A DNA stretch of 34,277 nucleotides, from NCBI GenBank assembly GCA_041236755.1, contig JBERSB010000259.1, positions 1 to 34,277 of the forward strand, written 5' to 3'. This DNA is from Luminiphilus sp. (GTDB lineage Bacteria > Planctomycetota > UBA1135 > UBA2386). A model generated the notes under the pieces. The model ran no database searches and was not told the origin of the DNA. It saw only the letters and a program-made list of their open reading frames with translations. The first letter of the stretch is position 1, and each line of letters begins with the position of its first letter. Shown one piece after another: positions 24,898 to 33,915 of this stretch. Position numbers and translations under genes: made by a program.

Positions 24898-26220
24898 CTA
24901 CTTCTTGTCGGCGTCCAGCTGGCGGTAGCGGCCGCGGTACTTCTCGGCGAGCACCGTCTGCTTGTTGCGGAGGTCGACCTCGCGCCCCTGGATCCAGGCG
25001 CGCTGGATCTCGGTCGTCAGCTCGAGCGGGCTGCCGTCCGACACGAACAGGGTCGCATCCTTGCCGACCTCGAGCGACCCCATGCGCTCACCGACTCCGA
25101 GGATCTCTGCAGGCAGCCGCGTCACCGCGGCGAGCGCCACGTCCTCGGGCAGCCCGAACGCCGCGGCCGTCGCCGCGTGGTAGGGCAGGTTGCGGTCGTT
25201 GGAGTAGTCGTCTCCGGTCGCGATGCAGAAGCGCACGCCGGCCGTGTGCAGGTCGCGCGGCAGCGTGAACGGCTCGTCGTAGGGCGCGTCCTCGCGCCTG
25301 GGCAGCCGGTGCACGCCGTCGATCACCACCGGCACGTCGTGCTTCTTGAGCATCTCGGCACACGCGCGGGCCTCGTGCCCGCCGACGACGACGATCCGCA
25401 GGCCGCGCTGCGCACCCCACTGCACGGCGGACTCGATCTGTTCGACCGAGTTGGCGAGCACGAACACGGGGCGCTCACCGCGGACCGCAGGGAGCAGCGC
25501 CTCGTGGCGGACATCGCGCGCGACCGTCGGGTCGCCGTCGCGGGCGGCGCCCCAGGCCTTCGCGGCGGCGAACGCGTCGTCGATCCGCTGCCGCCGCTCC
25601 GTCACGCTCGTCGAGCTCTCGCTCGACGCGCGACGCCAACGGGATCGACCGCCGCCCTCGCTCGGCCAGGACACCACCGGGCCCGCGTCGCGCAGCAGCG
25701 CCATGTCGGCGTTGGTCCAGCCGTCGAGTTGGATCAGCGACGCCCGGCCGGGCACGGAGCCACCGACGGGGAACGTGAGCGCGGCCAGGACGCCGTTGCT
25801 GCGCGCGACCGGGATCGCCGCCGAGTCGGGGTTGACCGCCGTCGCCGCGACCGCCTCCGGCGACATGTCGCCGAGCTCGTTGGTGTCGACGGACTGCGGC
25901 ACCTGCCCGATCTCGATCAGGCCGAGCGAGGTGTGCGCGGAGATCATCCCCGGGAAGACGTGACGACCCTCGAGGTCGATGCGGACCGGCGCCACCCGGA
26001 CCTCGCCGAGCCGCGGGTTCTCGCCGTTGGGGAGCACGCCCTGGATCTTGCCGTCGCGGAACCAGATCGTGCCGTTCAGCAGCACCTTGCCGGCAGCGGT
26101 GTGGATCGTCGCGTTGGCGAGGATCACGGCACCTCGCTGCGGCGCTGCCTTGGACAGCAGGTCCTGCGCGGGCAGGTGGGGGAGCAGCGCGAGCGCTGCG
26201 AGGGCGATCGGACGGGTCAT
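24898..26220 (-). CDS. secreted amidohydrolase-family subunit with degenerate metal motif
   Basis: Signal peptide; IDLEGRHVFPGMISAHTSLG; GSLEVGKDATL; TGATG coupling to the upstream gene. Confidence 0.85.
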   Translation of the reverse strand: MTRPIALAALALLPHLPAQDLLSKAAPQRGAVILANATIHTAAGKVLLNGTIWFRDGKIQGVLPNGENPRLGEVRVAPVRIDLEGRHVFPGMISAHTSLGLIEIGQVPQSVDTNELGDMSPEAVAATAVNPDSAAIPVARSNGVLAALTFPVGGSVPGRASLIQLDGWTNADMALLRDAGPVVSWPSEGGGRSRWRRASSESSTSVTERRQRIDDAFAAAKAWGAARDGDPTVARDVRHEALLPAVRGERPVFVLANSVEQIESAVQWGAQRGLRIVVVGGHEARACAEMLKKHDVPVVIDGVHRLPRREDAPYDEPFTLPRDLHTAGVRFCIATGDDYSNDRNLPYHAATAAAFGLPEDVALAAVTRLPAEILGVGERMGSLEVGKDATLFVSDGSPLELTTEIQRAWIQGREVDLRNKQTVLAEKYRGRYRQLDADKK

Positions 26221-29200
26221 CAGCGGCCTCCTTCGGCGTTGCGGCAGCAGTAGTCGTTGTTGGTCTCCTCGGCGCGCCAGTAGGCGTCCTTCGGGTCGCC
26301 CTCCTTCGCGGTGCGGCCGCCGCGCTTGCCTGCGGCGAGCGCGAGCTGCAGCAGCCGCTGCCGCTCCTCGGCGACGCCTGCGCGCAGCTCGGCGTCACGC
26401 TCGAGCGAGAACATCTTGCGGCCGTCCACCCACGTCGCCTCGCACCGCGCGGCGTAGCCGAGCGGGTTGTGCGACCACAGCGCCAGGTCGGCGTCCTTGC
26501 CCGCGGTCAGTGAGCCGGTCCGGTCGAAGACGCCGAGCTGGATCGCCGGATTCCTGGTGACGAAGTGCAGCGCCTCGGCCTCGTCGACGCCGCCGTACTT
26601 CACCGCCTTGCCGGCCTCGGTGTTGAGGCGCCGCGCGTGCTCGTTGCTGTCGCTGTTGAACGACACGACCACGCCCGCCTCGTGCATGATCGCGCCGTTG
26701 TCGGGGATCGCGTCGTAGACCTCGAGCTTGTAGGCCCACCAGTCGCTGAACGAAGACGCGCCGACCGCCGAGCGCCGGATCGCGTCGGCGACCTTGTAGC
26801 CCTCGAGCACGTGCTGGAACGTGCCGATCTTGATGCCGTACTCGTCGGCGAGGCCGCACAGCATGAAGATCTCGTCCTGGCGGTAGCTGTGGCAGTGCAC
26901 CCAGCGCTTGCTGGCGAGCACCTCGGCGAGCGCCTGCAGCTCGAGGTCGACGCGCGGCGGCAGGACCTTCGCGCGGTCGCGCGGCGCGCGCGCTTCGTAG
27001 GCCGCGTGCTCGCGCGCATACGCCTCGGCCGCGGCGAACCGGTCACGGAGGACCCCCTCGACGCCCATCCGCGTGCTCGGGTAGCGGGTGCTCGGATCAC
27101 CTCGTCGGTTCACGCGGCGCGGGTTCTCACCGAGCGCGAACTTGATGCCCGGCATCGAGCCCGAGAAGAACATGTCGTCGGGCTCGGCGACGCCGTAGCG
27201 CACCTTGACCGTGTTCGACTGGCCGCCGATCACGTTTGCGGAGCCGTGCAGCTGGTTGACTGCGGTCACGCCGCCCGCCAGCTGCCGGTACCAGTTGACG
27301 TCGTCGGGGTCGAGCACGTCCTGGATGCGGACCTCGCTGGTCACCGCCTGGCCGCTCTCGTTGACGCCGCGCGAGATGCCGGTGTGCGAGTGGCAGTCGA
27401 TGACGCCCGTCGTCAGGTGCTTACCGGTCGCCTCGAGCACCTCGACGTCATCGGCCAGCGCGGGCATGTCCTCCCGCCGCCCGGCGAACGCGATCTTGCC
27501 GCCGCGCACGACCACCGCGCCGCTCTGGACCTTGCCCCGGCCGTCTCCGGTCCAGACCGTCGCGCCGACGATCGCGAAGGTGCCCTGCTCGGGCAGGGCT
27601 TCGAAGCCGTAGCCGCCGAGCGGCGTCGGCAGCGCTGCGAGCGGCGCGGGCTCGGCGGCCGCGCGCTCCTCTTCGACCTCCGACTCGGACTGCGCGCGGT
27701 TCGCGGCCACCTGCTGCGCGCTGCCGTCGGGCGCCGTGCAGACGCCCGCGAGGCCGGCTCCCTCGGCGCGCAGACGCAGCCAGTAGGTGCCTTCCCCGAC
27801 CGCCTCGCCGGAGAGCTGGCACGTCAGCGACGCAGGTCCGCGCTTGACGGACGCGACCTTGACCTTCTGCTCGCCGGCGGCGCACTCGAGCTTCTTGCCG
27901 TCGATGCGCAGCGTCACGGCCACGCCGTCCGCTGCGCCCGGGAAGCCCTCGGTCCAGGTCCAGTCGCCGTCGAGGCCGGCGTCCTCGGGCGCGTTCACCA
28001 CGTGGCGCACGCCGCCGACCCAGACGTCGCGGACGACGCGGTCCTCGCCGAACAGCTCGCCCTGCACGACCACGAGGTTGGCGAGCTTGCCGACCTCGAC
28101 GGTGCCGCAGTGCGCGTCGACGCCGAGCAGCGCGGCCGGCGTCGTGGTGACGGCCGCGAGCGCCTGCGCGTCGGTGCCGCCGTGCTCCTGCGCGTCGCGG
28201 ACGCGCGCGGCGAAGTCCTCGCGGTCGCGCAGCCGCGCGGTCGTCCAGGCGACCGTCAGGCCCGCGTCCATCAGGCGTCGGCTGTTGCTCGGCGCGTGCT
28301 CCCAGGACTGCAGCTGACGCAGCGTCGCGCGGTCGGCCTCGGCCGCCGTCGAGACGTCGGGGGCATCCGGCAGCTGCAGCGGCACCACGATCGGCGCGCC
28401 GCGCCGAGCGAGGGCCGGCAGCCTGCGGAACTCCATGCCGCTGCCGACGATCACCGGCTGCCGCTGGAACTCGGCCGCGACCCGCAGGGCGCGCAGCGCT
28501 TGCAGCTCGTTCTGGGTGTCGAACCACATCGGCATCGCGCGCTGGGCCGCGATCGCCTCGAGCACGCGCGAGGGCTGCGGCGCGCCTGCAGCCAGCGCTG
28601 CGTCGGCCGCGACGGCGCGCCCACAGCGCTCGTACCAGTCGCCGTCGCTGAGCGACTGTCGCAGCAGCGCGATCGCGCCCATCTCGCTGTTGGGGTAGCC
28701 GCCGCGGTTGGTCTGCAGGCTCGCGGCCGCATAGGCCTGCGCCCGCAGCACGCGCGCCGGCGCGGTCTCGCTGGGCTCGTCGAGCAGCACGACGGCGCTG
28801 GTGCCCTTGAGGATGCCCCCGGAAGGCGCTGCGGCGACGACCGCGTAGCCGAGCGCGCGCAGGCTCTCGCGGTCGTCTTCGCCGACCAGCGCGCCGTCCA
28901 GCGCGTTGCGCTGCGGCTGCACCATCGTGTTCCAGTGCTTGTCGGTCGTGTCCTCGTCGAGCGCGGGTACGTCCGAAGCGAAGTAGGGCTCGACCAGGCC
29001 CGGGTAGATCGTGAGGCCGGTGCAGTCGACGACGGTCGCGCCCCTGGGCGCAGCACCGCTACCGACCGCGGTGATCCTGCCGTTACGCATGACGACCGTC
29101 GCGCCGTCGAGGGTCTGCCCCGGCGCTGGCACGACGCGCGCGTTCTGCAGCGCATACCAGCCCGGGTCGACGGGGCGGGGGCCGTTGTGCGGCGGGCCCT

Positions 29201-29255
29201 GGCCGATCACCGAGGCCGTCAGGGCGACGAGGGCGACGACGTGGTCGATTCGCAT
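26220..29255 (-). CDS. secreted tandem two-domain amidohydrolase
   Basis: ATG 29255 (MRIDHVVALVALTASVIG-Q). Domain 1 YPGLVEPY...GTVEVGKLANL; domain 2 GVIDCHSH, HCHSY, QHVLEGY, NSD, GSLTAGKDADL. Confidence 0.9.
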   Translation of the reverse strand: MRIDHVVALVALTASVIGQGPPHNGPRPVDPGWYALQNARVVPAPGQTLDGATVVMRNGRITAVGSGAAPRGATVVDCTGLTIYPGLVEPYFASDVPALDEDTTDKHWNTMVQPQRNALDGALVGEDDRESLRALGYAVVAAAPSGGILKGTSAVVLLDEPSETAPARVLRAQAYAAASLQTNRGGYPNSEMGAIALLRQSLSDGDWYERCGRAVAADAALAAGAPQPSRVLEAIAAQRAMPMWFDTQNELQALRALRVAAEFQRQPVIVGSGMEFRRLPALARRGAPIVVPLQLPDAPDVSTAAEADRATLRQLQSWEHAPSNSRRLMDAGLTVAWTTARLRDREDFAARVRDAQEHGGTDAQALAAVTTTPAALLGVDAHCGTVEVGKLANLVVVQGELFGEDRVVRDVWVGGVRHVVNAPEDAGLDGDWTWTEGFPGAADGVAVTLRIDGKKLECAAGEQKVKVASVKRGPASLTCQLSGEAVGEGTYWLRLRAEGAGLAGVCTAPDGSAQQVAANRAQSESEVEEERAAAEPAPLAALPTPLGGYGFEALPEQGTFAIVGATVWTGDGRGKVQSGAVVVRGGKIAFAGRREDMPALADDVEVLEATGKHLTTGVIDCHSHTGISRGVNESGQAVTSEVRIQDVLDPDDVNWYRQLAGGVTAVNQLHGSANVIGGQSNTVKVRYGVAEPDDMFFSGSMPGIKFALGENPRRVNRRGDPSTRYPSTRMGVEGVLRDRFAAAEAYAREHAAYEARAPRDRAKVLPPRVDLELQALAEVLASKRWVHCHSYRQDEIFMLCGLADEYGIKIGTFQHVLEGYKVADAIRRSAVGASSFSDWWAYKLEVYDAIPDNGAIMHEAGVVVSFNSDSNEHARRLNTEAGKAVKYGGVDEAEALHFVTRNPAIQLGVFDRTGSLTAGKDADLALWSHNPLGYAARCEATWVDGRKMFSLERDAELRAGVAEERQRLLQLALAAGKRGGRTAKEGDPKDAYWRAEETNNDYCCRNAEGGR

Positions 29256-29261
29256 CGCCGC

Positions 29262-29267
29262 AGCATA
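29262..29267 (-). promoter_or_regulatory. candidate -10 box for a leaderless transcript
   Basis: TATGCT, 6 nt, ATG 29255; no SD sequence. Confidence 0.45.
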
Positions 29268-29316
29268 CGAGCGCGCGCGCAGGCGCCGCACCGGATTCGG
29301 CGCAGGATCGCGCCGG

Positions 29317-30366
29317 TCACCCGAGCGCAGGCTCGCGCACGATCTCGGCGAGGGCCTCGACCCACGGCGGCTCCGCGTTGACGCACGGGACCGCGAGCAG
29401 GTCTTCGCCGCCGGCCTCCACGAAGGTCTCTTTGGCCTGCATGCCGATCTCCTCGATCGTCTCCAGGCAGTCGGCGACGAACGACGGGCAGAGCACCGCG
29501 ACGCGCTTGACGCCCTCCTTGGGCAGCTGCTCGAGGCGCACGTCGGTGAACGGCTGGATCCACCGCTTGGTCAGCCGCGACTGGAAGGTGACCTCGTAGT
29601 CCTGTTCGCCCAGGCCGAGGCGCGCGGCGAGGCCTTGGGCCGTCGCGTAGCTCTGCGCGCTGTAGCAGAAGCGGTTGGCGTGCGTGATCGTCTTGCAGCA
29701 GTCCTGCACCTTGAGGCAGTGCTCGCCGCTCGCGTCGCTCTTCTTGACGTGCTTCTCCGGCAGGCCGTGGAAGCTCATCAGCACCTTGTCGGCGCCGAAC
29801 GCGTCGAGGTGGGGGCGCGAGACCGTCGCGACGGCGTCGAGGAACGTCGGGTGGTCGAAGAACGGGGCGACGAAGCGCAGGTTGGGCGTGTTCTGCATCC
29901 GACCCGCGACGCGGACCACCTCGTCGTAGGCAGAAGCCCAGGCCGCCTGGGAGTACTGAGGGAACAGCGGGACGACCAGCACGTCGTCGACGCCCTGCGC
30001 CGCGAACTCTCCCAGCGCGTGCTCGACGGACGGGTTCTGGTAGCGCATCGCCAGCGCGACGCGGGTGTGCGAGCCGAGCTGCTCCTGCAGGCCGGCGACG
30101 AGGTCCTGGCCGTGGAACAGCAGCGGCGAGCCGCGGTCCGTCCAGACCTTCTCGTAGGCCTCTGCCGACTTGGCGGGGCGCGTGCGCAGGATGATCCCGT
30201 GCACCAGCGCTGCGCGCCCCGGCCACGGGATGTCGATGACCCTGGGGTCCATCAGGAACTGCGCGAGGTAGCGGCGGACGTCCGGTACGGCCGTCGAGTC
30301 GGGCGTACCGAGGTTGACCAGCAGCACGCCGGTCGGGCGCGCGGGGGCGGAGGGGGCGTCGGTCAT
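29317..30366 (-). CDS. hemH: ferrochelatase
   Basis: GVLLVNLGTPD, MRYQNPS, PLFPQYS, SFHGLP, FQSRL, WIQP, SFVADCLETIEEI. Confidence 0.97.
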   Translation of the reverse strand: MTDAPSAPARPTGVLLVNLGTPDSTAVPDVRRYLAQFLMDPRVIDIPWPGRAALVHGIILRTRPAKSAEAYEKVWTDRGSPLLFHGQDLVAGLQEQLGSHTRVALAMRYQNPSVEHALGEFAAQGVDDVLVVPLFPQYSQAAWASAYDEVVRVAGRMQNTPNLRFVAPFFDHPTFLDAVATVSRPHLDAFGADKVLMSFHGLPEKHVKKSDASGEHCLKVQDCCKTITHANRFCYSAQSYATAQGLAARLGLGEQDYEVTFQSRLTKRWIQPFTDVRLEQLPKEGVKRVAVLCPSFVADCLETIEEIGMQAKETFVEAGGEDLLAVPCVNAEPPWVEALAEIVREPALG

Positions 30367-31202
30367 CGTTGCTTCAGGAGCTGCGCATAGCCTGCGCGGT
30401 AGTCGGGGACGTCGAGCCGGAAGCCGCTCGCCTGCAGCAGCGTGCTGCGGCAGCGCTTGTCGCCGCCGCGGCCCGCGAAGTCCGCGGTCGGCTCGGGGAG
30501 CTGGATCTGCAGGCGCTCAGCGATCCACGCGTAGACCTCGCGCAGATCCGCAGGGTCGTCGTCCGAGACGACGTAGACCGGCGCCGGGTCAGCCATCGTG
30601 AGCGCATGCACGACAGCCTTCGCCGCGTCGTCGCGCCAGATGCGGTTGCCGTGCACGGCTGCGCGCGGCGGCGCGAGCTGCCCGGACGCGATCCGGTCCA
30701 CCAAGAAGGTGCGGCCCGGTCCGTAGATGCCGGACAGCCGCAGGGCGACGGACTCTGCGGCGAAGCGTCGGATCGCCTGTTCGCCGGCCAGCACGGCCTC
30801 GCCGCGGAAGTCGCTCGGGCACGGCGGCGTGCGCTCGTCGACCTCGCCGCCGTCGGTCCGGTGCCACACGCTGGTGCTGCCGACGAGGACCGCGCGCCGC
30901 ACGGGGTCGCCGCGTCGCTCGAGGTGCGCGAGCAGCCGCGCTGGCCCTTCGACGTAGGCGCGGCGGTAGCCGGCGGGATCCGGCGAGGGCGAGACGGCCC
31001 AGACGACCGCGTCGAGGTCCGGCGGGAGCTCGTCGAGGTCGCCGTCGAGCAGGTCCAGCGCGAGCGGCGTCACGGACGTAGGCGCCAGATACCGGGACCG
31101 GCGCACCCCGAAGACCTCGTCGCCGCGGGCTGCGAGCAGCTCCGCTGCGCGTGCGCCCACGTAGCCGCAGCCGGCGACGAGCACCCGCGAGGAGCTGCTC
31201 AC
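30363..31202 (-). CDS. atypical SDR / NAD-dependent epimerase (YeeZ-like)
   Basis: GTG 31202 overlaps the hemY stop; VLVAGCGYVG Rossmann motif; LRLSGIYGPGR; NRIWRDDAA; PDYRAGY. Confidence 0.85.
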   Translation of the reverse strand: MSSSSRVLVAGCGYVGARAAELLAARGDEVFGVRRSRYLAPTSVTPLALDLLDGDLDELPPDLDAVVWAVSPSPDPAGYRRAYVEGPARLLAHLERRGDPVRRAVLVGSTSVWHRTDGGEVDERTPPCPSDFRGEAVLAGEQAIRRFAAESVALRLSGIYGPGRTFLVDRIASGQLAPPRAAVHGNRIWRDDAAKAVVHALTMADPAPVYVVSDDDPADLREVYAWIAERLQIQLPEPTADFAGRGGDKRCRSTLLQASGFRLDVPDYRAGYAQLLKQR

Positions 31203-32530
31203 GCGCGGCTCCCTTCGGCGGTCCACTGCCCGACGACCGAGACCTTCTGGTAGCCGTTGCCGAGCAGCGTGAGGCCCGGGTGCTCGGCGACCCGATCGCC
31301 GATCGCGCGCAGGCGCGCGCAGTGGCCGCGCACGAACTGGGGGATCGCGGCGCGCGCGCGCGACACGTAGCGGAACACGGGCGCGCCACCGACCCCGACC
31401 AGGTCGCGCAGCGCATAGCAGGCCTGCTGCACGAGCTCCTCGTCGCCGCGGTCGACCTCCTGCGGATACGCGTGGCCGCCCGACATCACGCGGAACAGGG
31501 CATGCCCGTCGGGCGCCTGGTGCGGGAACACCGAGGAGACGTAGATCGCGCCGAGCACGCTGCCCAGCTCGCCCTGCGGCGCGAGGAACCCGAAGCCCTC
31601 GACGTCTGGAGGCACAGCGTCGCGGCGATAGCCGACGTAGCAGCTGACGACCGAGGTGGACGGGATCTGCCCGAGCTGTTCGGCGAGCGCGCTGTCCAGC
31701 GGCTGTACGAGCTGCGCTGTGTGCTGCGGCGGCGTCGCGATCGCGACCTCGGGCGCAGCGAGGCTCGTATGGTCGCCTCGCACCTCGTAGCCCTCGGCCG
31801 AGCGCGCGATCTCCTGCACGCGCGCGCCCGTGGTCACGCGCTCACCGAGCGCGTCCGCGAGCGCGGCGACGCTCTGCTGCATGCCCTGGGGGAAGCTGCA
31901 GACTGCCGGCCGCGGCCGCTCCCCGCGCTCGCGTCGCTGTCGAGCGCGCGCGCCCATGCCGCGGAGCAGGCTGCCGTGTTCGCGCGCGAGCTCGACGGCC
32001 AGCGGCAGCGTCGCCGCGGCCTCCAGCGTGTGCGCGTCGCCTGCGAAGATCCCGTGCATCATGGCCTCGGCGACGGGCACGGCCGCGCGCCCGAAGCGGC
32101 GCCGCACGAGGTCGGACACCGACTCGCCCTGCTGGCTGCGCGTGCGCACGCGCGGCTCCCAGAGCAGCCGGAGCTTCGACCACCAGGGGAGCAGCCCGGA
32201 GCGCAGCAGCGCTCCGGGCGAGGAGGGCAGCTCGTGCAGCCTGCCGCGCCGCGCGACGAAGCGCCGCTGGGCGCTGTCGGCGCAGGCGACGACCGAGCTC
32301 TTGAGCCCGGCAGCGTCGAGGAACGCGTCGACCGTGGCGTCGGGCCGGAAGCCCTGCGGCCCTTCTTCGAGCTGGAAGCCGTCCTTCGTCGTCGTGCGCA
32401 CCCAGCCGCCGAGCTGGTCGTCTGCCTCCAGCACGCGCACGCGCAGGCCTGGCTGGTGGCGCGTGCGCCAGAAGGCGTGGGCGAGCCCCGCGGGCCCGCC
32501 GCCGACGACGACGAGGTCACACGCGTCCAT
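31199..32530 (-). CDS. hemY: HemY-type FAD-dependent protoporphyrinogen oxidase
   Basis: ATG 32530; VVVGGGPAGL, LGGWVRT, EEGPQGF, GIFAGD, GFGFL, AIPQF; lies within the heme operon. Confidence 0.92.
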   Translation of the reverse strand: MDACDLVVVGGGPAGLAHAFWRTRHQPGLRVRVLEADDQLGGWVRTTTKDGFQLEEGPQGFRPDATVDAFLDAAGLKSSVVACADSAQRRFVARRGRLHELPSSPGALLRSGLLPWWSKLRLLWEPRVRTRSQQGESVSDLVRRRFGRAAVPVAEAMMHGIFAGDAHTLEAAATLPLAVELAREHGSLLRGMGARARQRRERGERPRPAVCSFPQGMQQSVAALADALGERVTTGARVQEIARSAEGYEVRGDHTSLAAPEVAIATPPQHTAQLVQPLDSALAEQLGQIPSTSVVSCYVGYRRDAVPPDVEGFGFLAPQGELGSVLGAIYVSSVFPHQAPDGHALFRVMSGGHAYPQEVDRGDEELVQQACYALRDLVGVGGAPVFRYVSRARAAIPQFVRGHCARLRAIGDRVAEHPGLTLLGNGYQKVSVVGQWTAEGSRA

Positions 32531-33915
32531 CAGACCGTGCGGGAGAACTTGGGACCGTCGCCTGCCTGCTGCTGGTTGGGCAGGTAGGCGTCGAAGGCCA
32601 TCGCGAGGTTGCGGATCAACAGCCTGCCGGCGTCGAGCACGCGCAGCCCGTCTTCGGAGATCTCGACGAGGCCGTCGTCCGCCATCGGGCGCAGGCGCTC
32701 CAGCGCGTCGGCGTAGCCATCGGTGAACTCCGACGCGCCGCCGTGGTCGGCGTAGTCGAGCCGAAAGCGGCACATCAAGTCGAGGATGACGCGTCGGCGC
32801 CGGTCGTCGTCGTCGCTGCGGCGGTGGCCGCGGTGCGTGGGCAGCTCGCCCCGCTCGACGGCCTCGCGCCAGGTCGCGACCTCCTTGTGGTTCTGCGTGA
32901 AGGCGCCCGCGACCTCCCCGATCGACGTGACGCCGAAGCTGAGCATGTCGTCGGCGGCGCGCGTCGTGTAGCCCATGAAGTTGCGGTGCAGCCGGCCGTC
33001 GCGCGCCGCTACCGCGAGCTCGGCCTCGGCGCGCGCGAAGTGGTCCATGCCGATCGGCTCCATGCCGTCGTCGACCAGCCCCTCGAGCGCCTGGCAGAAC
33101 AGCGCCTGCTTCTCGGCGCCTGTCGGCATCGCCGCCTCGGGCATCAGCTGCTGGTGCTTCTTGAGCCACGGGACGTGCGCGTAGCTGTAGCAGGCGATGC
33201 GGTCCGGGCGCAGCTCGGCGACCTGCTCGAGCGTGCGCGCGAAGCCCCGCTCGCTCTGGTAGGGCAGGCCGTAGACGAGGTCGAGGTTGACCGAGTCGAA
33301 GCCGAGCGCGCGCGCGTCCTCGACGAGCGCCTGGGTGGTCTCGAACGACTGGACCCGGTGGATGGCCTCCTGGACCTTCGGGTCGAAGTCCTGCACGCCC
33401 ATGCTGATCCGGTGGAAGCCGACGTCCGCGAGCGCCTCGAGGTGTGCTTGCGTCGTGACGCGCGGGTCGACCTCGACGCTGACCTCGGCGCCGTCCTGCA
33501 GCGGCAGCAGCGCGCAGAGCCCCTCGAAGAGCCGCCGGCACTCCTCGGGCGGCAGGAACGTCGGCGTGCCGCCGCCCCAGTGGTGCTGCAGCACGCGCCG
33601 GTCGGTCTCGCCGAGGTGCCGCGCGACCAGCGCCGCTTCCTGCAGGACCGTGTCGACGTAAGCGGCGGCCTTGGTCGGGTCCTGGGTGATCACCACGCTG
33701 CAGGCGCAGTACCAACAGAGGCTCTCGCAGTAGGGGATGTGCACGTACAGCGAGAACGGCGCGTCGCCCTGCCCGCCCGCGACCTCGAGCCGCTCGCGGT
33801 AGTCGTCGGGTCCGAAGGTGTCCTTCCAGACCGGTGCGGTGGGGTAGGACGTGTAGCGGGGGCCCGGGCGGTCGTAGCGCTCGAGCAGCTCACGATCGAT
33901 CGTGCGCATCGTCAT
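32530..33915 (-). CDS. hemN: oxygen-independent coproporphyrinogen III oxidase (radical SAM)
   Basis: GPRYTSYPTA, HIPYCESLCWYCAC (CxxxCxxC), GGGTPT, IGMDHFA, LHRNFMGYTT; ATGA overlap with hemE. Confidence 0.97.
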   Translation of the reverse strand: MTMRTIDRELLERYDRPGPRYTSYPTAPVWKDTFGPDDYRERLEVAGGQGDAPFSLYVHIPYCESLCWYCACSVVITQDPTKAAAYVDTVLQEAALVARHLGETDRRVLQHHWGGGTPTFLPPEECRRLFEGLCALLPLQDGAEVSVEVDPRVTTQAHLEALADVGFHRISMGVQDFDPKVQEAIHRVQSFETTQALVEDARALGFDSVNLDLVYGLPYQSERGFARTLEQVAELRPDRIACYSYAHVPWLKKHQQLMPEAAMPTGAEKQALFCQALEGLVDDGMEPIGMDHFARAEAELAVAARDGRLHRNFMGYTTRAADDMLSFGVTSIGEVAGAFTQNHKEVATWREAVERGELPTHRGHRRSDDDDRRRRVILDLMCRFRLDYADHGGASEFTDGYADALERLRPMADDGLVEISEDGLRVLDAGRLLIRNLAMAFDAYLPNQQQAGDGPKFSRTV

